Notes: generated by a model from the letters alone, not told the origin. 64,000 nucleotides of DNA from an uncultured Pseudomonadales bacterium (GCA_964406075.1 CAYOQI010000003.1:140718-204717), one strand, 5' to 3'. Positions 1-9,588 are shown, counted from the first letter of the stretch. Translations and numbers: made by a program.

Positions 1-755
1 TAAACGTGCTCATTTATCGTTCGATTCATGATGAATCACCAGTTGGTGGTCGTTCTAAGTGTCCATACTGTCACAAGCAAATAGCTTGGTATGACAACAT
101 TCCGCTTCTCTCATTCCTTATACTTCGTGGAAAATGTCGAAAATGTAAAAAACCAATCTCATGGCAGTATCCAGTGGTTGAACTGATTACGGGTTTACTG
201 TTTGTGTGGTGGTATTTAGGTGGTTTTTTTCTCTGGCAAGTATTTCAACTCCAGAACTTCCCACTGGTGGTGATTCAACCAATTTTCTGGCTACTCGTAG
301 GGATATTACTCCTGGTCATTTTCTTTACTGATTTACGATACATGATCATTCCTGATTACGCGGTTGGATCGTTATTTGGCTTAGCACTGCTCTATCGAAT
401 AACTCTAGTTTTATTTGAAAGTATGCAAGTCAAAGACTTTATGTTGGGATTACTTGGCATGGTATTGGCGGGAACGTTTTTCTTTTGTTTGTGGTATTTC
501 ACAAAAGGCAAAGGCATGGGATTTGGTGATGTGAAGTTTTCCCTGCCAATGGCGTTACTGGTTGGCTGGCCGAATATTTTCGTGACCGTGATGCTGTCTT
601 TTGTCCTTGGTGCAATTGTGGCTGTTATTTTTCTTTCGTTTGGAAAAAAGACACTCAAACAAACTATTCCCTTTGGACCATTCCTTGTCATTTCGACCTT
701 CATTTCTCTTGTGTATGGAGATGTTCTTCTTCAGTGGTATCTTGCTCTTCTTTGA
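1..755 (+). CDS. pilD: Prepilin peptidase (A24 family), 5'-truncated by the window edge
   Basis: The frame stays open to the window start, and codons at 3-8 read N-V, continuing the usual FLNV.IYR segment. Zinc-type CxxC pairs are present (CPYC..CRKC). The IIPDY and GMGFGDVKF aspartyl-protease motifs and multiple TM segments are also present. Confidence 0.85.
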   Translation, partial: NVLIYRSIHDESPVGGRSKCPYCHKQIAWYDNIPLLSFLILRGKCRKCKKPISWQYPVVELITGLLFVWWYLGGFFLWQVFQLQNFPLVVIQPIFWLLVGILLLVIFFTDLRYMIIPDYAVGSLFGLALLYRITLVLFESMQVKDFMLGLLGMVLAGTFFFCLWYFTKGKGMGFGDVKFSLPMALLVGWPNIFVTVMLSFVLGAIVAVIFLSFGKKTLKQTIPFGPFLVISTFISLVYGDVLLQWYLALL

Positions 756-874
756 TCCCCTACTTTGCAAAGCTTCGCGGGGTTTGTTGCATTTTTATCT
801 TTCTGTGTATTAAAAATAATGATTTGAACAGCTCTGGGCTTGATAGCAAGGACTGAAAACTGTATCTTTAGTAT

Positions 875-1780
875 ATGCGTGTTTTACGGTCGTTTATTTT
901 ATTCTTCCTGTTTATTATCCTAGTCAGTGTCAGTGGCTTTTTAATCGCTCGTGAGGTGTTGTTGGCTAAAGCAGCGTCAGATATTCGAACAGCAATACGA
1001 AGCATGGAAAAAGTAGCATACACACGCTCAGAGTATGCAAACGAATGTATCCGAAAAGGTGGAATCAGTGGGCAAAGCGTCTCTTCTGTAGAGCTTCGCT
1101 TTATGACAGAAAAAGAGTACCGAGTTGTTGCCGTGTGTGAGTACTTTCGCAATGAACCTATTTTTGTGACCTCGTATACACTTCCCCAATTTGTGGAAAA
1201 AATTCCAGGTGAGGCGGGTTTGATTTGGGATCCAACTGGAAAGAGTGGGATTCAACTCAGTATGTGGGGATTAGAAAAAACTATTATTTTAGACGGGACA
1301 GATTTCATCGTGCATCGTGGATTAAAAGAAATTGATGGCAATCGACCACCAGCTGTTTGCCAAGGGTTTGGATATACGTGTTGTGATGGTGTAACTGAAG
1401 TGGGTGTGGGTGAGGCGATGAGTGCCGCTGGTGATTGTCCAGAGAGTTGTTTTTTAAAGTGTGAATCGAGACCAGTCGTGCTTCGACTCTATAGTGATCC
1501 CCCACCAGATTTGCGTACAAAAATTACGACCATTTCTTCTGGCACAGAAGTATCTTTCTTTTATACGATTGATTCAGGCCAAGGAGAACAAGTTGATGTG
1601 ACAGTTGATTTTGGTGATGGTCAAAAGCAAGTGGTGTCAGAAGCTGAAGGTATTGTCACACACGCTTATCAGTGTGCAACAGCAGCATGTGAATATACCG
1701 CAACCGTTCAAGCTAGTGATGCGTTTGCTCGAAAAAGTGTGATCACCCCTGTCTCAAGCTTGTTAGTTCGAGTGCAATAA
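875..1780 (+). CDS. Membrane-anchored Cys-rich protein with a C-terminal PKD-like repeat
   Basis: It has an N-terminal TM helix (FILFFLFIILVSVSGFLIA) and a Cys cluster (CQGFGYTCCDG...CPESCFLKC). The VDVTVDFGDGQ motif is typical of PKD domains. The gene lies between pilD and the pilin genes. Confidence 0.5.
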   Translation: MRVLRSFILFFLFIILVSVSGFLIAREVLLAKAASDIRTAIRSMEKVAYTRSEYANECIRKGGISGQSVSSVELRFMTEKEYRVVAVCEYFRNEPIFVTSYTLPQFVEKIPGEAGLIWDPTGKSGIQLSMWGLEKTIILDGTDFIVHRGLKEIDGNRPPAVCQGFGYTCCDGVTEVGVGEAMSAAGDCPESCFLKCESRPVVLRLYSDPPPDLRTKITTISSGTEVSFFYTIDSGQGEQVDVTVDFGDGQKQVVSEAEGIVTHAYQCATAACEYTATVQASDAFARKSVITPVSSLLVRVQ

Positions 1781-1787
1781 GGAATAT

Positions 1788-2246
1788 ATGATAAAGAAAT
1801 TATTCGTTTTCAGATCAATGATTTTTAGATCCCAAAAAGGTTTTACCATGATTGAACTTTTGGTGGTGATGGCTGTTATTGGAATACTGTCCTCTATTGC
1901 CTATGCAGGTTTTGGGAATGTGCAACAGCGGGCACGAGATGGAAGAAGAAGATCTGACATGCAAACAATACAGCGAGGGTTTGAACAGTACTTTACCTTA
2001 GGAAATACATATGCGGCATGTTCAACTATGTTTAACAACACGAGTATTTTCCCACAAGGAGTACCACTAGATCCTATCAATACAGGTACCACAGTTTACT
2101 CTGCAGGACCAAGCTGTACAGCTTCTCCTAGTGTTGGATATTGTTATTGTTCCTTGTTAGAACGAGCAAATACTGGTAATTCTGGAGCCAACTGTGCGTA
2201 CTCTTCTGCCACAAAAAATTATTTTTGTGTGAGTCAGTTGCAGTAG
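1788..2246 (+). CDS. Type IV pilin-like protein
   Basis: Class III signal / N-methylation motif KGFTMIELLVVMAVIGIL. The true start may be the internal Met at 1818, which would give a short MIFRSQKG leader. The C-terminal half is Cys-containing. Confidence 0.8.
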   Translation: MIKKLFVFRSMIFRSQKGFTMIELLVVMAVIGILSSIAYAGFGNVQQRARDGRRRSDMQTIQRGFEQYFTLGNTYAACSTMFNNTSIFPQGVPLDPINTGTTVYSAGPSCTASPSVGYCYCSLLERANTGNSGANCAYSSATKNYFCVSQLQ

Positions 2247-2274
2247 TTATTAAAATGATACGTTTTTAATACAT

Positions 2275-2715
2275 ATGTTTAAAAATACTCAAAATCAAAA
2301 AGGATTCAGTCTGATTGAACTGTTAGTTGTCGTGATCATCATCATGACTCTGACTACGATAGCGGTTGTGAGTTATAGCACTACCAATCGAAATGCTCGA
2401 AATGGAAAACGACAAGCAGATATGGCTCAGGTTCGGTCTGCGCTTGAAGTTTATCGAGCGACCGTAGGTGTGTATCCAGCTTGGTCAGGGATGGGAGGAA
2501 CTGCCACAGCGGCCAACTTTAATACGCTCGTATCAACAACAGCGAGTCCGGCGTATTTAGGTCCGTATCTCGCCTCAACTGTGCTTGACCCAATTAATGA
2601 TACCAATTATTTTTATTCTTATCTCTCTCCCCGACCTGGAGGAGCAACAAGTACGTACCAACTTTGTTACTATTCAGAACCGTCAAGAACTCAAGTGTGT
2701 GTTTACAGTCCCTAA
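2275..2715 (+). CDS. Type IV pilin-like protein
   Basis: Prepilin motif QKGFSLIELLVVVIIIM after an 11-aa leader. Confidence 0.8.
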   Translation: MFKNTQNQKGFSLIELLVVVIIIMTLTTIAVVSYSTTNRNARNGKRQADMAQVRSALEVYRATVGVYPAWSGMGGTATAANFNTLVSTTASPAYLGPYLASTVLDPINDTNYFYSYLSPRPGGATSTYQLCYYSEPSRTQVCVYSP

Positions 2716-3229
2716 GCCGTTCCACCAGCGATCATCGGCACAATCAGGATTTACTCTGATTGAACTTTTGGTGGCGCTCAGCATTTTTCTCTTGTTAACA
2801 GGGATTGCGGCTGTCAATTATCGAACTTTTAATCAACGACAAGAACTTCAGCAGTCAGCTCGAAATATTCAAGAAGCGCTCCGGTTCGCACAAAAGAAAG
2901 CTCGAGTTGGTGAAAAACCAGCCGGCTGTGCAACTCCAGCGTATGTTGAGGGATATTCAGTCCGAGCAACAGCAACTGGTAATACCTTTCAAATATATGC
3001 AGAATGTCGAAATGGAGCGAGCGAAATAGATGTACCCGCCACAGATGTTGAAGCGTTAATTGGTCGAGTTCGGTTTGATATGGGAAGTAATTTTGCAGTG
3101 GTGTACAAAGTGTTAACTGGAGGTACAGATAATCCAGTAACAATTCGTTTGATAAATAACACCGTGATATATCAGTTTACTGTCAATCGTGGAGGAGAAA
3201 TCAGTGAAGGCAACTTTGTATCCAATTAA
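2699..3229 (+). CDS. Type IV pilin-like / pseudopilin protein (GTG start re-assigned)
   Basis: The ORF-track ORF 2585..3229 overlaps the previous pilin. An in-frame GTG at 2699 gives the leader VFTVPKPFHQRSSAQS followed by GFTLIELLVALSIFLL. Confidence 0.7.
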   Translation: MFTVPKPFHQRSSAQSGFTLIELLVALSIFLLLTGIAAVNYRTFNQRQELQQSARNIQEALRFAQKKARVGEKPAGCATPAYVEGYSVRATATGNTFQIYAECRNGASEIDVPATDVEALIGRVRFDMGSNFAVVYKVLTGGTDNPVTIRLINNTVIYQFTVNRGGEISEGNFVSN

Positions 3230-3743
3230 CTCTTATCAAGATAAGCATGTTTCTTCAGCCGGACAGTCACTGGTTGAAGTGATCGTGGCTGCAGCTGCAT
3301 TGGTGTTTGTTTTAGTTGCCGTTGTATCTGGTATGATTTTAGCTGTTCGCAACGCCAGTTTTTCCAATCGTCAAGCTCAAGCTACTAAACATACACAAGA
3401 AACGATAGAAATGTTTCGAAATTTTCAATTACTTCTTGGCTGGGAGGGCTTTCATCGGGAATTTGTCAATGATAGTGTCTCCACCAGTTTTTCTTATTGT
3501 TTGCCAGCAACTATTTCCCAGCCTGATCCTGAACTTGCTGCTACTGAATTCCATAATTTAGCTGCAGGTGAATGTGTTTCATCAAATTTTATTCCCGGCA
3601 CCCAATTTTTACGTCAAGTGAATGTACAACGTGGAACTGTAACTGAGCCAATTGAAATAGAAGTGATAGTCGTGTGGGCAGAAGGCGGACAAATGAACAC
3701 ATCCCGTAGTTCAGCAAATTTATACCCGAGATTTGAGAATTAG
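3204..3743 (+). CDS. Minor pilin-like protein
   Basis: Motif AGQSLVEVIVAAAALVFVLV (G-x-x-x-x-E plus a hydrophobic helix). GGAGG at 3191-3195 precedes GTG 3204. The ORF track starts at GTG 3189. Confidence 0.6.
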   Translation: MKATLYPINSYQDKHVSSAGQSLVEVIVAAAALVFVLVAVVSGMILAVRNASFSNRQAQATKHTQETIEMFRNFQLLLGWEGFHREFVNDSVSTSFSYCLPATISQPDPELAATEFHNLAAGECVSSNFIPGTQFLRQVNVQRGTVTEPIEIEVIVVWAEGGQMNTSRSSANLYPRFEN

Positions 3744-3769
3744 CTATTTATTCAGTTATTCGTATTCAC

Positions 3770-4309
3770 ATGGATTTTTTAAGAAAAAAAACTATTTTTT
3801 CAGGCGGTTTTACCATCATAGAAATGTTGATTGTTACGACATTGACGGTGCTGCTAGTTGTAACCGGCACTTCCCTGTTTTTGACGACAATTGTCGGTGG
3901 TGGTCGAGCAAATACATCAACAGTGGTAAAAACGAATGGTGATTACGCTTTGGGTCAAATGGAGTATTTGCTTCGAAATTCTATTGCGCTTGTCCCGCTC
4001 AATCCAGCTGATTTGACCAGTGCTTGTGCCGAAAATATGTCTCAGATCCGGCTGAAGTTAATTGATCAAGGGATTACTACTCTTTTCTCTGAGGCTGGGA
4101 AAATTGCTTCGAATTCTGGTATTTATCTCACTTCAGATTCGGTTCAACTGGTAAGCGGACCGGAGTTTGATTGTTCACGCAGTGCTGATCGCGCAATTAC
4201 AACCATTCGAATCTCTTTTACCCTGAGAAAAGGACAAGCTGGAACCGATAGATTAAGTGAAATTCAACAGCAAGCCTTCTCCACCTCAGTTACCGTCCGT
4301 AGCCAATAA
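3770..4309 (+). CDS. Minor pilin-like / pseudopilin protein
   Basis: Prepilin motif GGFTIIEMLIVTTLTVLLV. Confidence 0.7.
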   Translation: MDFLRKKTIFSGGFTIIEMLIVTTLTVLLVVTGTSLFLTTIVGGGRANTSTVVKTNGDYALGQMEYLLRNSIALVPLNPADLTSACAENMSQIRLKLIDQGITTLFSEAGKIASNSGIYLTSDSVQLVSGPEFDCSRSADRAITTIRISFTLRKGQAGTDRLSEIQQQAFSTSVTVRSQ

Positions 4310-4341
4310 TGACAGTTGTGTTGCTTTGATGTTAACTCTTT

Positions 4342-5214
4342 TTGAAATATTTTCTTCAAAATTCTGTGCCCGGTTGCATATCCATGAATACTTTCGTTAT
4401 ACTGGAGCATATGAAGATATTTTCTTCTTTTCTTTTTACTACCCACTCCTCTACTCCCTCACAATCTGGCCAAGCAGGCTTAATCATTTTGCTGTTAACT
4501 GTGGCTGTTTTAACTGTCGGAATTTCTGTCGCTTCTCGTACTACCACTGATGTGAAATTGTCTCGCCAGGAAGAAGAATCAAATAGAGTCTTTAATGAAG
4601 CTGAGTCTCAGATTGAAGAAATTCTTTCTCAAGATTTAAGTACTTTTCCCGCCGCAGGTTCTCAATCCCCTGCTCCTGGTGAAACAGTTGCAACGAACTA
4701 CACCATTGAGGAGTTACGAATCCTTGAAACTCAGCTGTTTGAAGGTGGCTCAGCTCAAGTAGATGTGACAGGTGCAACATTAGGAAATAATCTTAGAATT
4801 CGTTGGTCTCGCGAACAAGCATGTGGTCAAAATCCAGCATCACTGCTCGTGATGACATTCTCCAGAGATTCATCAGGCCAAGTAATTTCTCGTAGCCGTG
4901 GTTATCGTATCTGTGATCGTGGGGATAACTTTTTGACGGCAACATTACTCAGTGGTCAAACGTATCGAGGTGAAGTCACCCATCCTTTGCAAGCAGACGA
5001 TCAATATGTGAGAATAAAAACCCTCTACAACGATACTTCTCTGAGAGTTGAAGGAATTGGTTGGACGCTACCAATCCAGTACTACAAAATCCGATCCGTA
5101 GCGCAAAGTACGACTGGGAATGAAAGTCGAGCAGTCGAAGTAAATAGAACTAAGCCATCAGCTCCCTCAGTGTTTGATTTCGTGCTTTTTTCTGGGAGTT
5201 CAATTACAAAATGA
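4342..5214 (+). CDS. Pilus-associated protein with a prepilin-like hydrophobic N-terminus (no Glu5)
   Basis: Segment SGQAGLIILLLTVAVLTVGISVA near the N-terminus. It is the last gene of the pilin run before pilM. The start is uncertain, with alternative Mets at 4384 and 4414. Confidence 0.5.
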   Translation: MKYFLQNSVPGCISMNTFVILEHMKIFSSFLFTTHSSTPSQSGQAGLIILLLTVAVLTVGISVASRTTTDVKLSRQEEESNRVFNEAESQIEEILSQDLSTFPAAGSQSPAPGETVATNYTIEELRILETQLFEGGSAQVDVTGATLGNNLRIRWSREQACGQNPASLLVMTFSRDSSGQVISRSRGYRICDRGDNFLTATLLSGQTYRGEVTHPLQADDQYVRIKTLYNDTSLRVEGIGWTLPIQYYKIRSVAQSTTGNESRAVEVNRTKPSAPSVFDFVLFSGSSITK

Positions 5215-5230
5215 GATATAAAGGGTCCCT

Positions 5231-6241
5231 ATGAACGCAGTCGCCATCGATATCGGCACATATTCACTCAAAGCCGTCCATGCTAAAGGAGCTTCCAATG
5301 CTCCTCAAATTCAAAAAGTGATTGAAGCTCCAAATCATTTGGGTTTGACAGTTCCACTCGATGAAGTAAGTAAAGAGAAAATGGCTCAACAAGTTGACAC
5401 GCTTTTTTCTGATCACTCACTTCCTACTGGGGATGTTCGACTGGCATTACCGGAATCGTTGGTCTCCACGAAAGTAATTTCAATTCCAGTACTATCAGAT
5501 TCTGAGTTGGCGTCAGCTATTACTTGGCAAGCAGAACAACACATTCCTATTCCTAAAGAAGATCTGACTCTCGAGTATCAAGTGTTATACCGACCTGATC
5601 GAGGAGAAAAAGATACTCCGATGCGTGTCCTCTTGATTGGAGCACGAACTAGTATGGTTGAGAAATACATTAGTGTTTTTAACTCTCAAGGAATTGAACC
5701 AACCTATTTAGAAACGCAAACGATCTCTTTGATGAGAGTGGCTCGGGTTACTCCGACTGATCCTGTTACGATGCTGGTTCAATTTGGTTTTTCCACTCTG
5801 GATTGCAGTATTATCCGAGGTGGCGAACTTTCTTTTGTTTTTTCCTATCCAAATGGAGGTATTCTTTTCAATCGAGCTTTAGAAGGCACTCTCCAACTTC
5901 CAATTGCTCAGGCAGAAGAGTACAAGCGAACCTATGGATTGGATCCCCAATATTTTGAAGGCCGAGTCCAAGCTGCACTGCAACCTGTCCTTCAGTCATT
6001 TGTGGAGCAACTTCAAAAGGCTGCTCATTTTTACTCTCAACAATATCCGCAGGAAAAAGTTCAACGTATTTTGTTATCAGGTGGGTCTGCGCAACTTCCA
6101 GGACTTGTGCCATTTCTGGCATCAACGATGGGTATCGAAGTTTTACTCATTCAACCATTTGCGAATTTACAGGGTACATTACCACAAACAAATCATTCGA
6201 CTTTTTCGGTCAGTGTTGGTTTATTGGAACGTGGAGAATAA
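5231..6241 (+). CDS. pilM: Type IV pilus assembly protein PilM (actin-like ATPase fold)
   Basis: N-terminal AIDIGTYSLKAV phosphate-1 motif, a length of 336 aa, and a position directly upstream of PilN/PilO-like genes. Confidence 0.8.
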   Translation: MNAVAIDIGTYSLKAVHAKGASNAPQIQKVIEAPNHLGLTVPLDEVSKEKMAQQVDTLFSDHSLPTGDVRLALPESLVSTKVISIPVLSDSELASAITWQAEQHIPIPKEDLTLEYQVLYRPDRGEKDTPMRVLLIGARTSMVEKYISVFNSQGIEPTYLETQTISLMRVARVTPTDPVTMLVQFGFSTLDCSIIRGGELSFVFSYPNGGILFNRALEGTLQLPIAQAEEYKRTYGLDPQYFEGRVQAALQPVLQSFVEQLQKAAHFYSQQYPQEKVQRILLSGGSAQLPGLVPFLASTMGIEVLLIQPFANLQGTLPQTNHSTFSVSVGLLERGE

Positions 6242-6262
6242 CAGATATTTTAGACATTCAAC

Positions 6263-6853
6263 ATGGATACAACATCAATTAATTTTCTCAAGCAACGACA
6301 GAAGGCTCTGACAGCAGCAGTAGTGACCGACAGAAGGTATGTGGTGTGGATGTCATATCTACTCATTGGGGTAATTATTTTAGGTGTAATTGTGTTTGGA
6401 TTCGATTTCTTTTTACAGCGGAGTATTGGACGTGTGAATGCTCAACAAGATGAAATTGATATTGAGCTTCGTCAACAAAGTCAGATTGAAGAAACATATC
6501 TGCAATTAGCTGAAAAAGTAGGCGTGATTGATAAGATTTTGACCGGAAGAATAGAAAAAAGACAGACATTGCAGTACTTTACTTCCCTATTCCTAACAGA
6601 TGATATCGCATTGAAAGAGATTGGTTTTCAGTCATCTGAAGTTTTAGAATTTGTGATTGTTTCTTCAGATGTATTTACTCTCGAGCAAATACTTGATCAA
6701 CTCGAATCTGAAGAAGTCCAATCTCGATTTGCATCTTTGAGCACAACGGATCTTGCACGAAACACACAAGGACAATATTCGATGCGAGTAAGTGTAGGTT
6801 TAAAGAAAAATACACAACCCAGTCCACGGCCGACACTTGCACCGATAGAATAA
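6263..6853 (+). CDS. pilN: PilN-like bitopic pilus assembly protein
   Basis: A short cytoplasmic N-terminus, a single TM helix (VVWMSYLLIGVIILGVIVFGF), then a coiled-coil. Synteny after pilM supports the call. Confidence 0.6.
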   Translation: MDTTSINFLKQRQKALTAAVVTDRRYVVWMSYLLIGVIILGVIVFGFDFFLQRSIGRVNAQQDEIDIELRQQSQIEETYLQLAEKVGVIDKILTGRIEKRQTLQYFTSLFLTDDIALKEIGFQSSEVLEFVIVSSDVFTLEQILDQLESEEVQSRFASLSTTDLARNTQGQYSMRVSVGLKKNTQPSPRPTLAPIE

Positions 6854-6859
6854 TCACTT

Positions 6860-7666
6860 ATGGCACTTTTTGAAAAATCATCACAACCACCGACAAATTA
6901 CCGATTACTTTTGAGTACTCGAAGATATTTATTTGGTGCGATTGGCATGAGTGTGTTGAGTATGATTATCTTTTTCATGATCATTTTCCCTCGAATTCAA
7001 GGAGCTCAAGTGCATCGTCAGGAACTCCAGCTCCAGCAACAGCGTTTGAAAGACTCAACTGAAAAACTAACATTGTTGCAAAATGTTGACCAAACGGCAC
7101 TCTTTCAAGAACGAGCACGGATTGAGGCATTACTTCCTGCCTCGAAACCTTTACTCCCTTTAATTGCTCGCATGGAAAAACTATCCATCGACACGAATAT
7201 TATTGTCACCAGTTTTGAAGTCAGTCCGGGAGAATTATCTACAGAGAGTGCAGAGCTCAAAAAACAATCAACCAAAGCACAAGAAACTACCTCTGATACA
7301 GTTCTCAATCTGCCTCTAAATTTAACAATTTATGGATCAATAGAAAATATTTATCAATTTTTAGAAGGAATAGACACCTTGATTCCCATTGCTGATATTA
7401 CTGGTGTTTCACTTGCCACAACCCAAGTCTCTGAGATTCAGTCTGAGTCATCAGGAGTAAACCCCGTCTATGAAGCGAAGTTGTCACTCCAAGCGTATTA
7501 CTACTTAGCAAAACCAAAGTCTTCGAGTCAACAGCCTTTACCCAACGTTCAGCTTCGTCCAGATTTACTTGAAAAACTTCAAACTTTTGTAATTCCTGAA
7601 GCTCAGCCCAGTGATGCACTTCCACCTGAAATTTTGAATGGTGGAAAGCTGGATCTCTTTGAATAA
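6860..7666 (+). CDS. pilO: PilO-like bitopic pilus assembly protein
   Basis: A single TM helix followed by a coiled-coil (QELQLQQQRLKDSTEKL). Synteny after pilM-pilN supports the call. Confidence 0.5.
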   Translation: MALFEKSSQPPTNYRLLLSTRRYLFGAIGMSVLSMIIFFMIIFPRIQGAQVHRQELQLQQQRLKDSTEKLTLLQNVDQTALFQERARIEALLPASKPLLPLIARMEKLSIDTNIIVTSFEVSPGELSTESAELKKQSTKAQETTSDTVLNLPLNLTIYGSIENIYQFLEGIDTLIPIADITGVSLATTQVSEIQSESSGVNPVYEAKLSLQAYYYLAKPKSSSQQPLPNVQLRPDLLEKLQTFVIPEAQPSDALPPEILNGGKLDLFE

Positions 7667-7679
7667 ATGAAGTAAAAAA

Positions 7680-7700
7680 AAACTCCATGTTGTGGAGTTT
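7680..7700. terminator. Bidirectional hairpin terminator between convergent pilO and the KH-protein gene
   Basis: AAACTCCA-TGTTG-TGGAGTTT forms an 8-bp stem. It is flanked by an A-run upstream and a T-rich stretch downstream. Confidence 0.6.
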
Positions 7701-7744
7701 AAAATGCTTTTTGATTTCAAGTGCAAATGAATTAATAGTGAAAA

Positions 7745-8011
7745 TTACTCAGTTACAGTCGGTTCTTCCTGGGGAATTTCTTCTTCAATCAAAGAAATAA
7801 TCACTTTTCGTCCTTCTTTGAGTGCTCGAACTTTGGCAATTTGACGAATAGATTGGATGATTGCTCCGTGTTTTCCAATAACTTTTCCCATATCTTCTTG
7901 ATGGACTTTGAGGAGGAATTCGTCTCCGTCTGGACCTGATTCTTCAATTACATCGACATCTTCTGGGTGATCTACGAGATGAATAAGTAAGAAAGTCAGT
8001 AAATTTTTCAT
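7745..8011 (-). CDS. KH-domain RNA-binding protein (YlqC/UPF0109-like)
   Basis: The VIGKHGAIIQSIRQIAKV GxxG-type KH motif, a length of 88 aa, and the conserved position immediately after rpsP. Confidence 0.8.
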   Translation of the reverse strand: MKNLLTFLLIHLVDHPEDVDVIEESGPDGDEFLLKVHQEDMGKVIGKHGAIIQSIRQIAKVRALKEGRKVIISLIEEEIPQEEPTVTE

Positions 8012-8424
8012 TATGCTTGTGCTGGTTCAGCAGCTGGTGTTTCAGGTGTAGTTGTTTCTGTTTCAGCGACGGCTTCTACTGGTTTGGCTTCTTCTGCTTT
8101 AGGAGCTGGGTTGGCCGCAGCGTCTTTTTCAGCTTGAAGTTTGGCTTTTGCTTTTCGTGATAATGTTTTCTTGATTTCAAATGGTTTTCCAGCACGTACT
8201 CTCTCGGCTAAAGATGCGACGGTATCAGTGGGTTGTGCGCCTTTTTTGAGCCATGCATCGTATTCAGTTAAATCAAGTTGCAGAACCTTCGGCTGTTGGG
8301 TTGGAGCATAGTGTCCAATTGCAACAACATATCGTCCGTCCCGTTTGTCTTTTGCTTCATTGACGACGATTCTGTAATGTGGCTGATGTTTTTTTCCAAA
8401 ACGTGCAAGTTTGATTTTCAACAT
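8011..8424 (-). CDS. rpsP: 30S ribosomal protein S16 with an Ala/Glu/Lys/Pro-rich C-terminal extension
   Basis: N-terminus MLKIKLARFGKKHQPHYRIVV. Confidence 0.9.
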   Translation of the reverse strand: MLKIKLARFGKKHQPHYRIVVNEAKDKRDGRYVVAIGHYAPTQQPKVLQLDLTEYDAWLKKGAQPTDTVASLAERVRAGKPFEIKKTLSRKAKAKLQAEKDAAANPAPKAEEAKPVEAVAETETTTPETPAAEPAQA

Positions 8425-8528
8425 AATAAAAAAATTATTCTAATTGTAACGTTCTATCTTTCATTTATTGTAACGACTGAGATACAGGTGATGGGAAAAC
8501 ACTCACTTTTCTCGAGGCCTGAACTATA

Positions 8529-9197
8529 TCATTTTCTATCAAAATTCTCAAGTGCGAGTCTGGCCGCAGCTTGTTCAGCGCGTTGTTTACTACTTCCGGT
8601 GGCTTGTGCATACATTTTATCATCTACCCAAGCACCGACAGTAAAGATTTTTTCATGATCGGGACCTTCTTCACTCACCACTTTATAGTTGGGAGTTGAG
8701 AGCCCTTTTGCCTGGACAGTCTCTTGAAAAGTACTCTTATAATCTCGATGGAGACCATGTTCTTTAATATATTCAAACTTCGGAAATAAAATTTCAGCTA
8801 AAAAGTCGTATACCACATCAAACCCTTGATCTAAGTACAGTGCCCCAAGGACGGCTTCAAGCGCATCTGCCAGGAGTGAAATATTCGTTCGTCCCCCGCC
8901 GACCTCTTCCCCTTTACTCATAAATAACTGTTTACCAAGCTCCATTTCGGATGCAAGTTCAGCTAAAGTTCCAGTCTTCACTAAGGCTGATCTATACGCA
9001 GTCATCACCCCTTCAGGTTCATTTGGCAATGTGGAATACAAGAATTTGGTGGTACACAGCTCTAAGACGGCATCACCGAGAAATTCTAAGCGTTCATTTG
9101 ACTCGTCGGATTCAGAGATTTTCTCATTCATGGCACTACGATGTGTGAGTGCCTTCGTAAGTAAAGCAGGATTCTTAAATGAGGGAATGGTTACCAT
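8529..9197 (-). CDS. rnc: Ribonuclease III
   Basis: RNase III signature ERLEFLGDAVLEL and a C-terminal dsRBD (GPDHEKIFTVGAWV...KQRAEQAAA). Confidence 0.9.
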   Translation of the reverse strand: MVTIPSFKNPALLTKALTHRSAMNEKISESDESNERLEFLGDAVLELCTTKFLYSTLPNEPEGVMTAYRSALVKTGTLAELASEMELGKQLFMSKGEEVGGGRTNISLLADALEAVLGALYLDQGFDVVYDFLAEILFPKFEYIKEHGLHRDYKSTFQETVQAKGLSTPNYKVVSEEGPDHEKIFTVGAWVDDKMYAQATGSSKQRAEQAAARLALENFDRK

Positions 9198-9208
9198 AAT
9201 TCTTTTCT

Positions 9209-9487
9209 TTAAAATTCATACTCTTCCGAAATAACGGCCACAACATCAGTGACACTCTCGGCATCTTCTAAAATTTCCTTTTTCGCTTCAGATGAAAGTT
9301 CAATTTCTAAAACGTCTTGAACTCTACGCATAATCTTAATCAATTCAGCTCGACTGATTCCAAGATCCTCAACCAGATCAGCTTCTGGTCGAATATCTGT
9401 GATCACATTCCCAGTGATCTCTTCGATACTCTTTCGTAAAATACTATCGACGGTATCTGGCTGGTTTGTTGGTTGAGTTGTGGTCAT
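9209..9487 (-). CDS. Acyl-carrier-protein-like small acidic protein
   Basis: 92 aa and acidic. LVEDLGISRAELIKIM aligns by eye with the ACP LGxDSLDxVELVM phosphopantetheine site, and the Ser is retained. It lies next to rnc, as acpP does in many bacteria. Confidence 0.5.
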   Translation of the reverse strand: MTTTQPTNQPDTVDSILRKSIEEITGNVITDIRPEADLVEDLGISRAELIKIMRRVQDVLEIELSSEAKKEILEDAESVTDVVAVISEEYEF

Positions 9488-9535
9488 ATGCTCCCTTAGA
9501 ACCTACTGCATGAATTTCAAAATAGATTCTTAAAT

Positions 9536-9561
9536 CAAAAAAAGTGAATGATACATTCACT
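9536..9561 (-). terminator. Rho-independent terminator after nusB
   Basis: On the minus strand AGUGAAU-GUAUC-AUUCACU is followed by U7. Confidence 0.65.
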
Positions 9562-9588
9562 GTTTCTTCACCTTAATACACAATGTAC

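Noticed and set aside
392-813. Track ORFs 392..703(-), 555..770(-) and 601..813(+), which overlap pilD.
   Set aside because: They lie antisense or out of frame within a well-supported prepilin peptidase gene, have low-complexity translations and carry no motifs. The same reasoning applies to most short ORFs nested inside long conserved genes throughout the window, for example 8278..8658, 30094..30489, 37819..38186, 40851..41352 and 54368..55093.
2585-2698. The N-terminal 38 codons of track ORF 2585..3229.
   Set aside because: This part overlaps the preceding pilin gene in another frame. The prepilin motif only makes sense with the GTG start at 2699.
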